NCBI RefSeq assembly: GCF_963921235.1
Contig: NC_086097.1
Coordinates: 105,588,001 to 105,652,000 of the forward strand
DNA length: 64,000 nt
Source of the DNA: Mobula hypostoma
Lineage: Eukaryota
Direction of reading: 5' to 3'
Under the pieces are notes generated by a model, which was not told the DNA's origin, ran no database searches, and saw only the letters and a list, made by a program, of their open reading frames with translations. The position numbers and the translations under genes were made by a program. This document shows positions 37,501 through 48,900 of this stretch, one piece after another; position 1 is the first letter of the stretch; every line of letters begins with the position of its first letter.

Positions 37501-38717
37501 TCTTATATCAGCTTCCAGCATGTGCCAAGCTTCACGACACAATTTGGCATAGACACCCATCCCACGTTACTGCTCCTGCTCACACTCATACCACTAGACC
37601 CGGACTCCTGAGGTCGAGAGAGTGGGATTGGCCCAGTGCAACAATTTTTCCACTTTAAGAACTCTCCTGCACACGTTTTCTGCCATCGTTGGACATGGCA
37701 ACCGCAACTACTACTAAGTGACTGGCATATGTCATAATGCATTACATACGTGCCTTGCTGAAGGAAAAATGAAGTTAGACTCACACTCCAGACTCCCTTG
37801 TTTTTATTCCAATTAGTTCAGTCTTAGAGTTACAGAGCATAACACCGCACTGATGAACACACTAACCACTGCTTCATTGGTACCATTATGTCCCACAACA
37901 TCCCATGCCCAAGTTTTCAAGAGATAATCTGCAGATGCTGGAAATCAAAGCAACACACACAAAATGCAGCAGGTCAGGCAGCATCTATGGAAAAGTGTTA
38001 ACAGTGGACAGTTCGGGCCAAGACCTTTCATCAATGCAGCAGGAAGTTAGGATTTAATAAGGACATAAGAACTAGGAGCAGGAGTAGGCCATCCATCCCA
38101 TCGAACCTTCCCCGCCATTCAATAAGATCATGGCTGATCTGTCCATAAACTTAGCTCCATCCACCTGCCTTTTCCTCATAACCCTCAATTCTCTTACTAT
38201 GCAAAAATCTATCCAACCTTGTCTTAAATCTATTTAGTGAAGAAGCCTCAATTGCTTCATTGGGCAGAGAATTTCACAGATTCACCATGTTCTGAGAAAA
38301 CCAGTTCCTCCTCATCTCTGTCCTAAATCTACTTCCCTGAATCTTGAGGCTATGTGCCTAGTTCTAGTCTCACCTACCAATGGAAACAACTTTCCTACTT
38401 CTATCTTATCTATCCCTTTCAAAATTTTGCATGTTTCTATAAGATCCTCTCTCATTCTTCTGAATTCCAGAGAGTATATTCCCAAGCGACTCAATCTCTC
38501 TCCACAGGTTAACCCCTTCATCTCTGGAATCAACCTGGTGAACCTCCTCTGCACTGCCTCCAAAGTCAGTATATCCTTCCTCAAGTGTGGAGACCAGAAC
38601 TGCACACAGTACTCCAGGTGCGGCCTCACCAGTACCCTGTATAGTTGCAGTGTGACCTCCCTGCTCTTGAATTCAATCCCTCTACAATGAAGGCCAACAT
38701 TCCATTTGCCTTCTTAA

Positions 38718-39270
38718 TGTGTTTGTCCATCGTCGACGTCGATGAGGACCTCGACACCATTATGATGGTGTCGAGACTAGCACGTGATTTGGATTGAATT
38801 GAGGGGGAGTTGCGTAGTGTCAGCCTCACTGTCTCTTCCCAATTCCCATATGGATCCAGTGGCAAGACAGAGTCGAGACGGCTGGAGATGGGACTAAGTG
38901 CAGTGGATGACCAGGACATCTTCTGTGCTTTGTCCTCCTCTACGCGTTCCACAACGCTTGCAGAGACTGCCTTCTTGACCGTTGGATCTTACATTGGTCT
39001 TGTCCACTCAATCCGCTGGAGTCTGTCTTCACATGCTAGGATAGACAACTCCCTATCTCACCGAGGGTTTGAGACCCGTCAGCTACCCTCACCTGGTTTA
39101 GCCGGCTTGTCGAAGCCATTGCCCGGGGTGTGGCCGCTGTTGCATGCAAACAGCTACAGGGAGCCACAGGTGAGAGCTGAGTGCCAGGTGGGGACCAAAG
39201 GTGGACTAACCACCTTGAAAAGGATGCGACATGTTCCCCCACCAGAGGTGCTACCCCTCCCTGATACCCC
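38718..39270 (-). mobile_element. Short non-coding RTE-like element (RTE-type 5'UTR plus structured 3' end), inserted in CR1
   Basis: Interrupts the CR1 KKANGMLAFI region. The 5' part resembles RTE-clade 5'UTRs from recall only, not a search. An 11-bp hairpin CTCGACACCAT-TATG-ATGGTGTCGAG sits at 38750-38775. Confidence 0.65.
39088..39270 (-). ncRNA. HDV-like self-cleaving ribozyme (predicted)
   Basis: P1 GGGGUAU/ACACCCC, P2 CUCACCUGU/AC(C)AGGUGAG, P3 GGC/GCC, L3 UCC..., GG-GCAA, P4 GGCUU-CGAC-AAGCC and J4/2 CUAA occur in canonical order. Confidence 0.72.
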
Positions 39271-39284
39271 ATACACCTGTTGTA

Positions 39285-39605
39285 CGAGGGGTAATTGATA
39301 GGTTCGTGGCCTAAGGTAGAAGGAGATGAACTATTAACTTGAAACTTTCTGCATAATCACTCAAAGCATTGACCTGCATGTGCATGTAACGAGAGCTGTA
39401 TAACTCATCTCTTTCTACCTTAGGCCACGAACTTATAAATCACCCCTGCTGTGGACACTTTCTGGAGGTCCAAGATCTGTATGCTCCATGACCACCGGAC
39501 TAAGTGTGTAAATGTAGGAGGAGACTATGTTGAAGAATAAATGTGCTAGGTTTTCTAAAATTGACTCCTTCTACCTTAGGCCAAAAACTTATCAATCACT
39601 CTTCA
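39285..39605. mobile_element. Tc1/mariner-type MITE
   Basis: TIRs of about 40 bp (CGAGGGGTAATTGATAGGTTCGTGGCCTAAGGTAGAAGGAG and its inverse), flanked by TA at 39283-39284 and 39606-39607. Confidence 0.85.
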
Positions 39606-40533
39606 TACCTACAAGCCAACTTTTGCGATTCATGAACAAGCACTCCCAAGTCCCTCTGCACAACAGCATGCTGCAATCTTTCACCATTTAAATAATTATC
39701 TGCTCTTCTATTATTCCTTCTAAAGTGGATGATCTCTCATTTACCAATGTTGTATTCCATCTGCCAGACCTTGGCCCACTCACTTAACCTGTCTATATCC
39801 CTCTGCAGACTCTCCACATCCTCGGTACAATTTGCTTTTCCACTCAGTTTAGTGTCATCAGCAAAGTTTGCCACTCTACCCTCAGTTCCCCCGTTTCAAA
39901 TCATCAGTGTAAATGGTAAACAGCTGCAGGCCCAGCACCGACCCCTGTGGCACCCCACTCACCACTGACTGCCAACTGGAGAAACACCCATTTATACCAA
40001 CACTCTGCCTTCTATCGGTTAACCAATCCACTATCCATGCCAATACACTTCCTCTGACTCCATGCATCTGTATCTTATTTATAAGTCTCTTGTGTGGCAC
40101 CTTATCAAACGCCTACTGGAAATCCAAGTATACGACATCCACCTGTTCCCCTCTATCCACTGCACTCATTTTGTCCTCAAAAAATTCCAGTACGTTTGTC
40201 AAACAGGATTTGCCCTTTCTGAATCCATGCTGCGTCTCTCTAATGGAACCACTCCTCTCTAAATGTTTTGCTATTTCTTCCTTAATGACAGCTTCAAGCA
40301 TTTTCCCAACTACAGATGTTAAGCTAACTGGCCAATAGTTGCCCGTCTTTTGCCTACATCCTTTTTAAAAAAGTGGTGTGATGAGGTTCCGGTGATGTCA
40401 TCGGACAGAATGGCAGCTTAAATCAACAGCTCCTCCTGAAAAATGCATATTTTGCCTTGTTAATCCATCAAGTATAAGATCTTTCAAAAATATCTGAATT
40501 GATAAGGGGGGCAAGAATGGGGAAAAAGAATGG

Positions 40534-41568
40534 AGATGCTTTCCTGGTGTCATGGATTCTTGATTACCTGACTGGCAGACCACAGTACGTGTGCTTGCAA
40601 CACTGTGTGTCCGACAGAGTGATCAGCAGCACTGGGGCTCCACAGGGGACTGTCTTGTCTCCCTTTCTCTTCACCATTTACACCTCAGACTTCAACTACT
40701 GCACAGAGTCTTGCCATCTTCAGAAGTTTTCTGATGACTCTGCCATAGTTCGATGCATCAGCAAGGGAGATGAGGCTGAGTACAGGGCTACGACTGGAAA
40801 CTTTGTCACATGATGTGAGCAGAATTATCTGCAGCTTAATGGGAAAAAGACTAAGGAGCTGGTGGTAGACCTGAGGAGGGCTAAGGCACCGGTGACCCCT
40901 GTTTCCATCCAGGGGGTCAGTGTGGACATGGTGGAGGATTACAAATACCTGGGGATACGAATTGACAATAAACTGGACTGGTCAAAGAACACTGAGGCTG
41001 TCTACAAGAAGGGTCAGAGCCGTTTCTATTTCCTGAGGAGACTGAGGTCCTTTAACATCTGCCGGACGATGCTGAGGATGTTCTACGAGTCTGTGGTGGC
41101 CAGTGCGATCATGTTCGCTGTTGTATGCTGGGGCAGCAGACACCAACAGACTCATCAAACTCATACGTAAGGCCAGTGATGTTGTGGGGATGGAACTGGA
41201 CTCGCTCACGGTGGTGTCTGAAAAGAGGATGCTGTCCAAGTTGCATGCCATCTTGGACAATGTCTCCCATCCACTACATAATGTACTGGCTGGGCACAGG
41301 AGTACTTTCAACCAGAGACTCATTCCACCCAGGTGCAGCACTGAGCGTCATAGGAAGTCATTCCTGCCTGCGGCCATCAAACTTTACAACTCCTCCCTTG
41401 GAGGGTCAGACATCCTGAGCCAATAGGCTGGTCCTGGACTTATTTCCTGGCATAATTTACATATTACCATTTAATTATTTATGGTTTTATTATTATTTAA
41501 TTATTTATGGTGCAACTGTAACAAAAACCAATTTCCCTCGGGATCAATAAAGTATGACTATGACTATT
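40534..41568 (+). mobile_element. Rex1/Babar LINE inserted in L1 ORF1
   Basis: STGAPQGTVLSPFLF, KFSDD and KKGQSRFYFLRRLRSF, then AATAAA and an (ATGACT)n tail. Confidence 0.88.
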
Positions 41569-42284
41569 ATATAAAAAGCATCACTGCAGAGCCTATGGAA
41601 GAGAGAGGTACAACGCGCGGTTCTCCTACACGTGTGTGTGGCGGCGAGGCTGACGCTGGGCCTCGTGCAGGCGAAGCGGCAAATATGATAAGGATTTTGG
41701 AAGAGATAAGGGAAGTCCAAAAAGATATAAAGCAGCGACTCAATGATATGAAGTCAGAGCTCACCAACGTCAATCAGAAAATAGCGGTGGCAGAGACTCG
41801 AATTGAGAAGGTGGAAGATCGCGTGCAAAACGTGGAACAGATACGAGTAAGACGATAAAAATATTAAATCAACAGGGAAGTAAATTGCTTGATCGGTAGG
41901 GAAGATGCAATGGAAAAATATCAGGATTTATAATGTCCCCGAAGGAACGGAGGGATTGTCGATGATGGACTTTGTAGACAAGCTGCTGCAGGAAGCGTTG
42001 GAGATTCCCCAGACTATGGAGATTGAAATTGAGAGGACGCATCGTTTGTTTATCCAGCGGCCCCCCGGAGACAGACAAAGTAAACCGCGCTCTATAGTAC
42101 TTAAATTCCTTCGACTCAAGAGCAAGGCGGAGATTCTGCGAAGGGCCTGGGGTAAGAAGAGGGTTTTTTGGAACGGGAAGTTAATATACTTCGATTGTGA
42201 TTACCCCCCGGCGGTCCTACAGAAACGGAAGGAATATTCCAAAGTGAAACGAATATTAAAGCAAGAAAAGATTAAATTCCAAAC

Positions 42285-42891
42285 ACGAGGAATTCTGCAG
42301 CTGCTGGAAATTCAAGCAACACACATGAAAGTCGCTGGTGAACGCAGCAGGCCAGGCAGCATCTATAGGAAGAGGTACAGTCGACGTTTCAGGCTGAGAC
42401 CCTTCGTCAGGACTAACTGAAGAAAGAGCTAGTAAGAGATTTGAAAGTGGGAGGGGGAGGGGGAGATCCAAAATGATAGGAGAAGACAGGAGGGGGAGGG
42501 ATGGAGCCAAGAGCTGGACAGGTGATTGGCAAAAGGGATATGAGAGGATCATTGGACAGGAGGCCCAGGGAGAAGGAAAAGAGGGGAGGGGAACCCAGAG
42601 GATGGGCAAGGGGTATAGTCAGAGGGACAGAGGGAGAAAAAGGAGAGACAGAGAAAGAATGTGGGTATATAAATAAATAACGGATGGGGTACGAGGGGGA
42701 GGTGGGGCATTAGCGGAAGTTTGAGAAGTCGATGTTCATGCCATCAGGTTGGAGGCTACCCAGACGGAATATAAGGTGTTGTTCCTCCAACCTGAGTGTG
42801 GCTTCATCTTTACAGTAGAGGAGGCCGTGGATAGACATATCAGAATGGGAATGGGATGTGGAATTAAAATGTGTGGCCACTGGGAGATTCC
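42285..42891 (-). mobile_element. Penelope-like 3' fragment / pseudo-LTR inserted in L1 ORF1
   Basis: 11-bp TSD AAATTCCAAAC (42274-42284 and 42892-42902). EEQHLIFRLGSLQPDGMNI is readable on the minus strand. Confidence 0.88.
42378..42415 (-). ncRNA. Minimal type I hammerhead ribozyme motif
   Basis: Minus strand reads TAGTC-CTGACGA-A-GGGT CTCA GCCT-GAAA-C-GTC-GACTG. Confidence 0.75.
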
Positions 42892-43305
42892 AAATTCCAA
42901 ACCCCGTACCCTGCTAAACTGAGGGTATTTTCCCCAGAAGGGATGTGACTGTACCAGACGGTGGAGGAGGCGACTACAGACATGAACAACAGAGGGCTCT
43001 CCATTAGCATGGTCAAACCAAGGGAAAATCTGGCTGAGCAGTTGTCCCGAGCTGCTTGGGAAATAGTAAGAGAACCGAGAAAGCAGGGGACGGGAGCAGG
43101 ATGAGAGAAGGATATTAGGAAGAGACCGTCAGTTCTCCGAGGGCAGCCCTCACCTCCTCCAGAAGAGCCATAAGGTTTGGCTAACTTTAAAAGTGCTGAT
43201 AAACTAAATGGAAGCAAAAATGGATGGTGATATACCTATCTTGAGAAATACGTGTTATAACGTGGATTTTAAATTATTCAATTTTTAAAAATTCATTTAT
43301 TCATT

Positions 43306-46150
43306 TGTGGCAGGCCGCACATGCGGGACTCAAACTGCCATCTGGAGCCGCGGGCAGACACGCGGCAGCGTGTTTGGAACTACCTGCTTGGGGAGGACTT
43401 TCCGGGGACAGTCTGATGTCACGTCCGCCCCGCGGGTCGCAGGGGCCTATGGGAGGGAAGATTTAAGCGTGCAATTTTGAATCAGTAAAGGCATTCTGAG
43501 TTCAGATCTCTCTGCCTCCGTGTGTTTCTTTAGTGGTGCGTTTGCGCGCGACTACATTGGTGACCCCGACGTTCCAGATGGCATCTGGAGCCAGCAACTC
43601 AGCGACCAACCATGAGTTCGAGCAACTCGCACAGTGCGGTCTCTCTGAAGCTCCTGACCTTCTGGGCCACTCAGCCCCACATTTGGTTCGAGCAGGCTGA
43701 GGCCCAGTTCAATATCAGAGACATTACAGCCGACGCCACGCGGTACTACTACGTGGTCAGCACGCTCGACCAGGAGACGGCAGGCCGGATCATTGACTTT
43801 CTACGCCAGCTACCAACAGAGCACAGGTACACTAAGCTTAAGGTGCTGCTGATCCGTACCTTCAGACTCTCCCGCTGCGAACAGGCGCGCGGCTCCTACA
43901 CATGGACAGCCTGGGCGACCGCACGCTATCCGAGCTCATGAATGATATGCTAGCGCTCATGGACGGCCATAAGCCGTGCCTTTTATTTGAACGGTTGTTC
44001 CTCGAGCAAATGCCAGAGGACATTCGCCGCCTCCTCGCGAGTGAGGATTTCAGCGACCCACGCAGGGTCGCGGCTAAAGCAGACGTCCTTTGGCAAAGCA
44101 AGCAACATGGAGCAGCCTCCATTGGCCTAGCCACGATCGCGCGCCCCAAAGCCCAGGCCCCGCGACCGAAGTCGTCGAGACCCACGTGGAAAAAGACGAA
44201 AGTTCGGAATGATGGTGTTTCTATCACCAAAGATGGGGCTCAGGCGTACGCCGCTGCCGTCCACCAGGTGCTTTTCCGGGAAACGCCGGGGCCAGCTGTC
44301 GCTAATGGCTATGACGGCTGGCCACCGAGACAGCCTCCTGTACCTCTGGGACCAATACTCCAGGTGGCGCTTCCTGGTAGACACCGGGGGCCGAAGGCAG
44401 CATACTCCCCCTCTGCCCCCCCGCGCCCCCCCCGAACATGGACACTTGTAATGTGGTCCCAGGCCCCAAACTCTGCTGCAAATGGCACGAGTATTTGGAC
44501 GTACAGCCCGTGAACTAGCTCACTGCATTTCGGGTCCAGCTGTTTCACTTGGACTTCCACGTTGGCAGCAGTGTCATAGCCACTACTGGGGGCAGATTTC
44601 CTACGAGCCAACTGCTTCCTGGTTGACCTAAAAGGCCAGTGTTTGGTCCATGCCGAGACGTTCCAAACTTTCCAGCTCGGAGACGCCAAGCTACCGGCCC
44701 TCCACCTGGATTCCATGACCCTCTCAGGTAACGAATTCGCCAGGGTGTTTGCGGAATTCCCCTCCATAGTCACCCCGCAGTTCTCCACGGCTGACCCCAA
44801 GCACAGTGTGCAGCACCACATCTCCACGCAAGGACCGCCGCTGCATGCCCGAGCTCGCAGGCTCCCACCTGACAAACTCCACCTTGCCAAGGAGGAGTTC
44901 CATAAGGTGGAAGAGATGGGAATCGTACGCCGCTGAGACAGCCCATGGACATCCCTGCTGCACATGGTGCCCAAGTCCGCAGGAGCATGGAGGCCCTTCA
45001 GAGACTACAGAAGGCTCAACGACACCACAACCGCCAACAGGTACCCAGTACCCCACATCCAGGACTTCACGGCGAACCTGCATGGAGTGACCATCGACCT
45101 GGTCAGGGGATACCATCAGATCCCAGTGCACCCCGCTGACGTGCCCAAGACAGCCCTCATCACCCCGTTCGGCTTGTTCGAATTCCTGAGGATGCCTTTC
45201 GGTCTCAAGAATGCAGCCCAAACTTTCCAAAGGCTCATGGACTCGGTGGGACGTGGTCTGAATTTCATTTTCATTTACTTGGACGATATCCTGGTGGCCA
45301 GCAGTTCGCACCAAGAGCACGTGGCGCATTTGCGCCAGCTCTGCCAATGCCTGAGCGACCACGGACTGGCAATCAATCCGGTGAAGTGCCAGTTCCGGCT
45401 GACGTAGATCGACTTCTTGATCCACAGAGTCAACCAACATGGCGCAGTTTCCGTATCGGACAAGGTCCAAGCCATCCGTCAGTTCCCCAAGCTCAGCACG
45501 GTCAAGAGCCTGCAGGAGTTCGTAGGGATGGTCAACTTTTATCATCGGTTCGTGCCGGTGGTGGCACGCATCATGAGACCCTTGTTCAGCCTGATGGCCG
45601 GCAAGGCCAGAGAAGTAGCATGGGACGCGGAGTCCACGGATGCATTCGAGCAGGCCAAGGAGGCGCTGGCAAAGGTGGCCCTCCTAATGCACCCAAGAGT
45701 CGATGTACCCATGGCGCTCACAGTCGACGCTTCTGACACAGCAGTCGGCGGAGTCCTGGAGCAGCTCGTCGAGGACCAGTGGCGACCACTCCCTTTCTTC
45801 AGCCGGCACCTACGGCCAGCAGAGGTGAAGTATAGTGCTTTTGACAGAGAGTTGCTAGTGCTCTACCTGGCTGTCCGGCAGTTTGGGTACTTCCTCTAGG
45901 GAACAGAGTTCACCATGTATACAGACCACAAGCCCCTCACCTTCGCACTGGCCAAAGTATCAGACCCATGGTCGGCTTGGCAGCAGAGGCACCTGTCCTT
46001 TATTTCAGAATTCACCACGGACGTCCGCCACATCGCAGAGAAGAACAACGTCATCGCCGACACACTGTCTCGCCCTGACTCCACTCAGTAGGTATCCTCA
46101 GGAATAGACTACGCAGCACTGGTGGAAGCACAACGGTCGGACACCGAGAT
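43306..46150 (+). mobile_element. Gypsy LTR retrotransposon: 5' LTR (43306-43556), PBS, gag, protease, RT, RNase H; integrase and 3' LTR deleted
   Basis: TG...CA LTR; gag KLLTFW..WFEQAEAQF; protease FLVDTG; RT DYRRLN, MPFGLKNA and YLDD; RNase H VDASDTAVGG. Contains stops and frameshifts. Confidence 0.92.
43558..43572 (+). other. Primer-binding site complementary to the tRNA-Trp 3' end
   Basis: TGGTGACCCCGACGT lies 1 nt after the LTR end CA and matches the vertebrate tRNA-Trp 3' terminus ACGUCGGGGUCACCA. Confidence 0.85.
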
Positions 46151-48665
46151 ATTTATTTATCTGTTGATTGTGGCCTACAACCAAAGAATACTATTTGGAA
46201 ACTAAATTCAAGTCTACTCAATGATCCCTATTTTAAGGAACAAATTAAGAAAGAAATTGGTCTTTACTTAGAATTCAATGATAATGGAGAGGTTTCACCT
46301 CCCATTCTATGGGATACTCTGAAGGCTGTCTTAAGAGGAAAAATTATAGCGATATCTTCATATAAGAAAAAAATAAGGAATAGAGCATTAGAGGAATTAC
46401 AAAATAAGCTGAAGGAACTAGAAAAAAACACAAATTGGGTTTGACACAGGATACACTGGAGGAAATTTAAAAACTTAGGAATGAAATTTATAGTTTGGCT
46501 ACACAAGAAATTAGAAAAAACCTAATGTTTCTGAAACAGAGACACTATGAAAGTTGATCTAAATCTGAAAATACTGGCATGGAAACTGAAAAAAAAAGAT
46601 AGCAGAAAATAGAATTCATAGAATAAGGGATCCAAGAACAAAAGTGATAAAAAAATAAGCTAAGTGAAATTCAAGGGGGTTTTGAAATGTTTTACAAAAC
46701 TCTATATTCCAAAGTTCCAGGGGGAAGCATAACCCAAATTGACACCTTCCTGAATTCTTTAGAGTTACCCACTTTAAGTAAAGAACAAAATAGAACGATG
46801 ACTGCTGACATAACTGAAGCTGAACTAAAAAATGCAATTAGCAGGCTTAAATTAAGTAAGTCACCAGGATCAGATGTATATACAGCAGAGTGGTATAAAG
46901 AGTTCAGAAATGAGTTAATTCCTGTTTTGCTCCCCACACTGAACTGGGCCCTAAGAAAGGCGCAAATGCCACCCAGCTGGAAGGAGGCGATAATCTCAGC
47001 TATACCGAAAGAAGGCAAGGATAAAATGAAATGTGGGTCATTTAGACCAATATCTGTTCTTAATGTAGATTATAGATTATTTACCTCCATCATGGTCAAA
47101 CGATTAGAAGAGTTTCTACCCACACTGATACACAATGATCAGACAGGTTTTATACAACAATGCCAAACACAAGACAATATACGAAGGACACTTCACATTG
47201 TGGATCATATAAAAAAATGAAATTGAAGCAATAGTGATAAGTGTGGACGCTGAAAAGGCATTTGATTCGGTTAATTGGAATTTTCTTTACAGCGTTTTAC
47301 ATAGATTTGGTCTACATGACACAATTATTAAAATTATACAGGCACTATCCGACACTCCTACTGCCAGGATTAAAATCAATGGATATTTATCTAATAGTTT
47401 TACCCTAGAAAGGGGCACGAGGCAGGGTTGTACATGGTCACCGCTACTCTTCACATTATATCTGGAACAATTAGCTCAATACATCAGACAAAATGAAGGT
47501 ATCAGGGGAATTACTATTAAGGGGACAGAACATAAATTGGCCTGTTATGCGGATGACATTTTGATCTATCTAGGACAACAACATACTCTTTACCTAAATT
47601 GATGCAATCCTTTGAACAATATGGCCAATTATCAGGATACAAGATCAACATAGATAAAACCCAACTGCTTTCATATAACTATAGCCCACCAAGAGAAATT
47701 GAAAGTAGATATCCTTGGGCATGGCAAACAGAGTCTGTCAAATATTTGGGTATCATTATGCCAAAAGATTTGGCAAAATTATCAGAATGCAATTATCAGC
47801 CTATATATAAGAAAATTAAGGAAGATATAACAAGATGGAACCTAATTCCTTTTCTTGGTCTCAGTTCAAGGATTGAATCTATTAAAATGAATATACTGCC
47901 CAGACTACTATATCTCTTTCAGACCCTGCCAATAGAGATTAACCAAAATCAATTCAATGAATGGAACAAGATGCTATCAAGGTAAAAGGCTGAGGGTTCG
48001 TCTCAAAACTTTGCAATTAGCCAAGGAAAGGAGGGGATGGTGCCTACCTTCTCTTGGAGATTATTATTTTGCAGCACAGTTGAGAGCCGTGATATGCTGG
48101 TGCAACCCATCATATGGCGCTCAATGGAAAAACATTGAGGAGAGGATACTTCCCATCCCCTTACAGGCAATTTTGGCTGATAACAACCTACAAAGTTACG
48201 TAAATAATATTGACAACCCGTGGGTGAAATGGACTTTTAAAATATGGAAAACTATTATAAAAGAATATAAACTGGAGAGAGACATTGCAATTCTTAAATG
48301 GTGTGCATATGACTCAGATTTTACGCCGAATAAACCGGATGCTAGATTTAAGGACTGGACAGCTAAAGGAATAACAGCTATTTGCAATATAATGAAAGAA
48401 GGAACACTGTTCAGTTTTGAAATGCTGAAAGAGAAACACTTACTAGAAAAACAAGACTTTTACCGGTGTTTACAGATGCGACAGTATGTTAATAGGACGG
48501 TTAAAAATATAACCAAGGCAAGTACATATCTGATAGAGCTATTTAGAAAAGCATATAATTCAGACAACGGTAGTAGAATAATTTCAAGCGTTTATAAGGG
48601 TTTGTCAAATCTTAAAACACATTTGACTTCATACATTAAAACAAAATAAGAGAAGGAAGGAGGAA

Positions 48666-48900
48666 ACAACAGGAATTCTGCAGATGCTGGAAATTCAAGC
48701 AACACACATCAAAGTTGCTGGTGAACGCAGCAGGCCAGGCAGCATCTCTAGGAAGAGGTGCAGTTGACGTTTCAGGCCGAGACCCTTCGTCAGGACTAAC
48801 TGAAGGAAGAGTGAGTAAGAGATTAAATCTCTTACTCATTCTTCCTTCAGTTAGTCCTGACGAAGGGTCTCAGCCTGAAACGTCGACTGCACCTCTTCCT
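48666..48900. mobile_element. Penelope pseudo-LTR micro-insertion with an inverted duplication, inside L1 ORF2
   Basis: 13-bp TSD AAGGAAGGAGGAA (48653-48665 and 48901-48913). Palindrome 48749-48901 is centred on 48825. Confidence 0.9.
48852..48889 (+). ncRNA. Minimal type I hammerhead ribozyme motif (mirror copy on - at 48761-48798)
   Basis: TAGTC-CTGACGA-A-GGGT CTCA GCCT-GAAA-C-GTC-GACTG. Confidence 0.75.

Noticed and set aside
37496..37845. Possible additional solo LTR
   Set aside because: Ends in ...TAACA, but I could not establish a matching left terminus or TSD.
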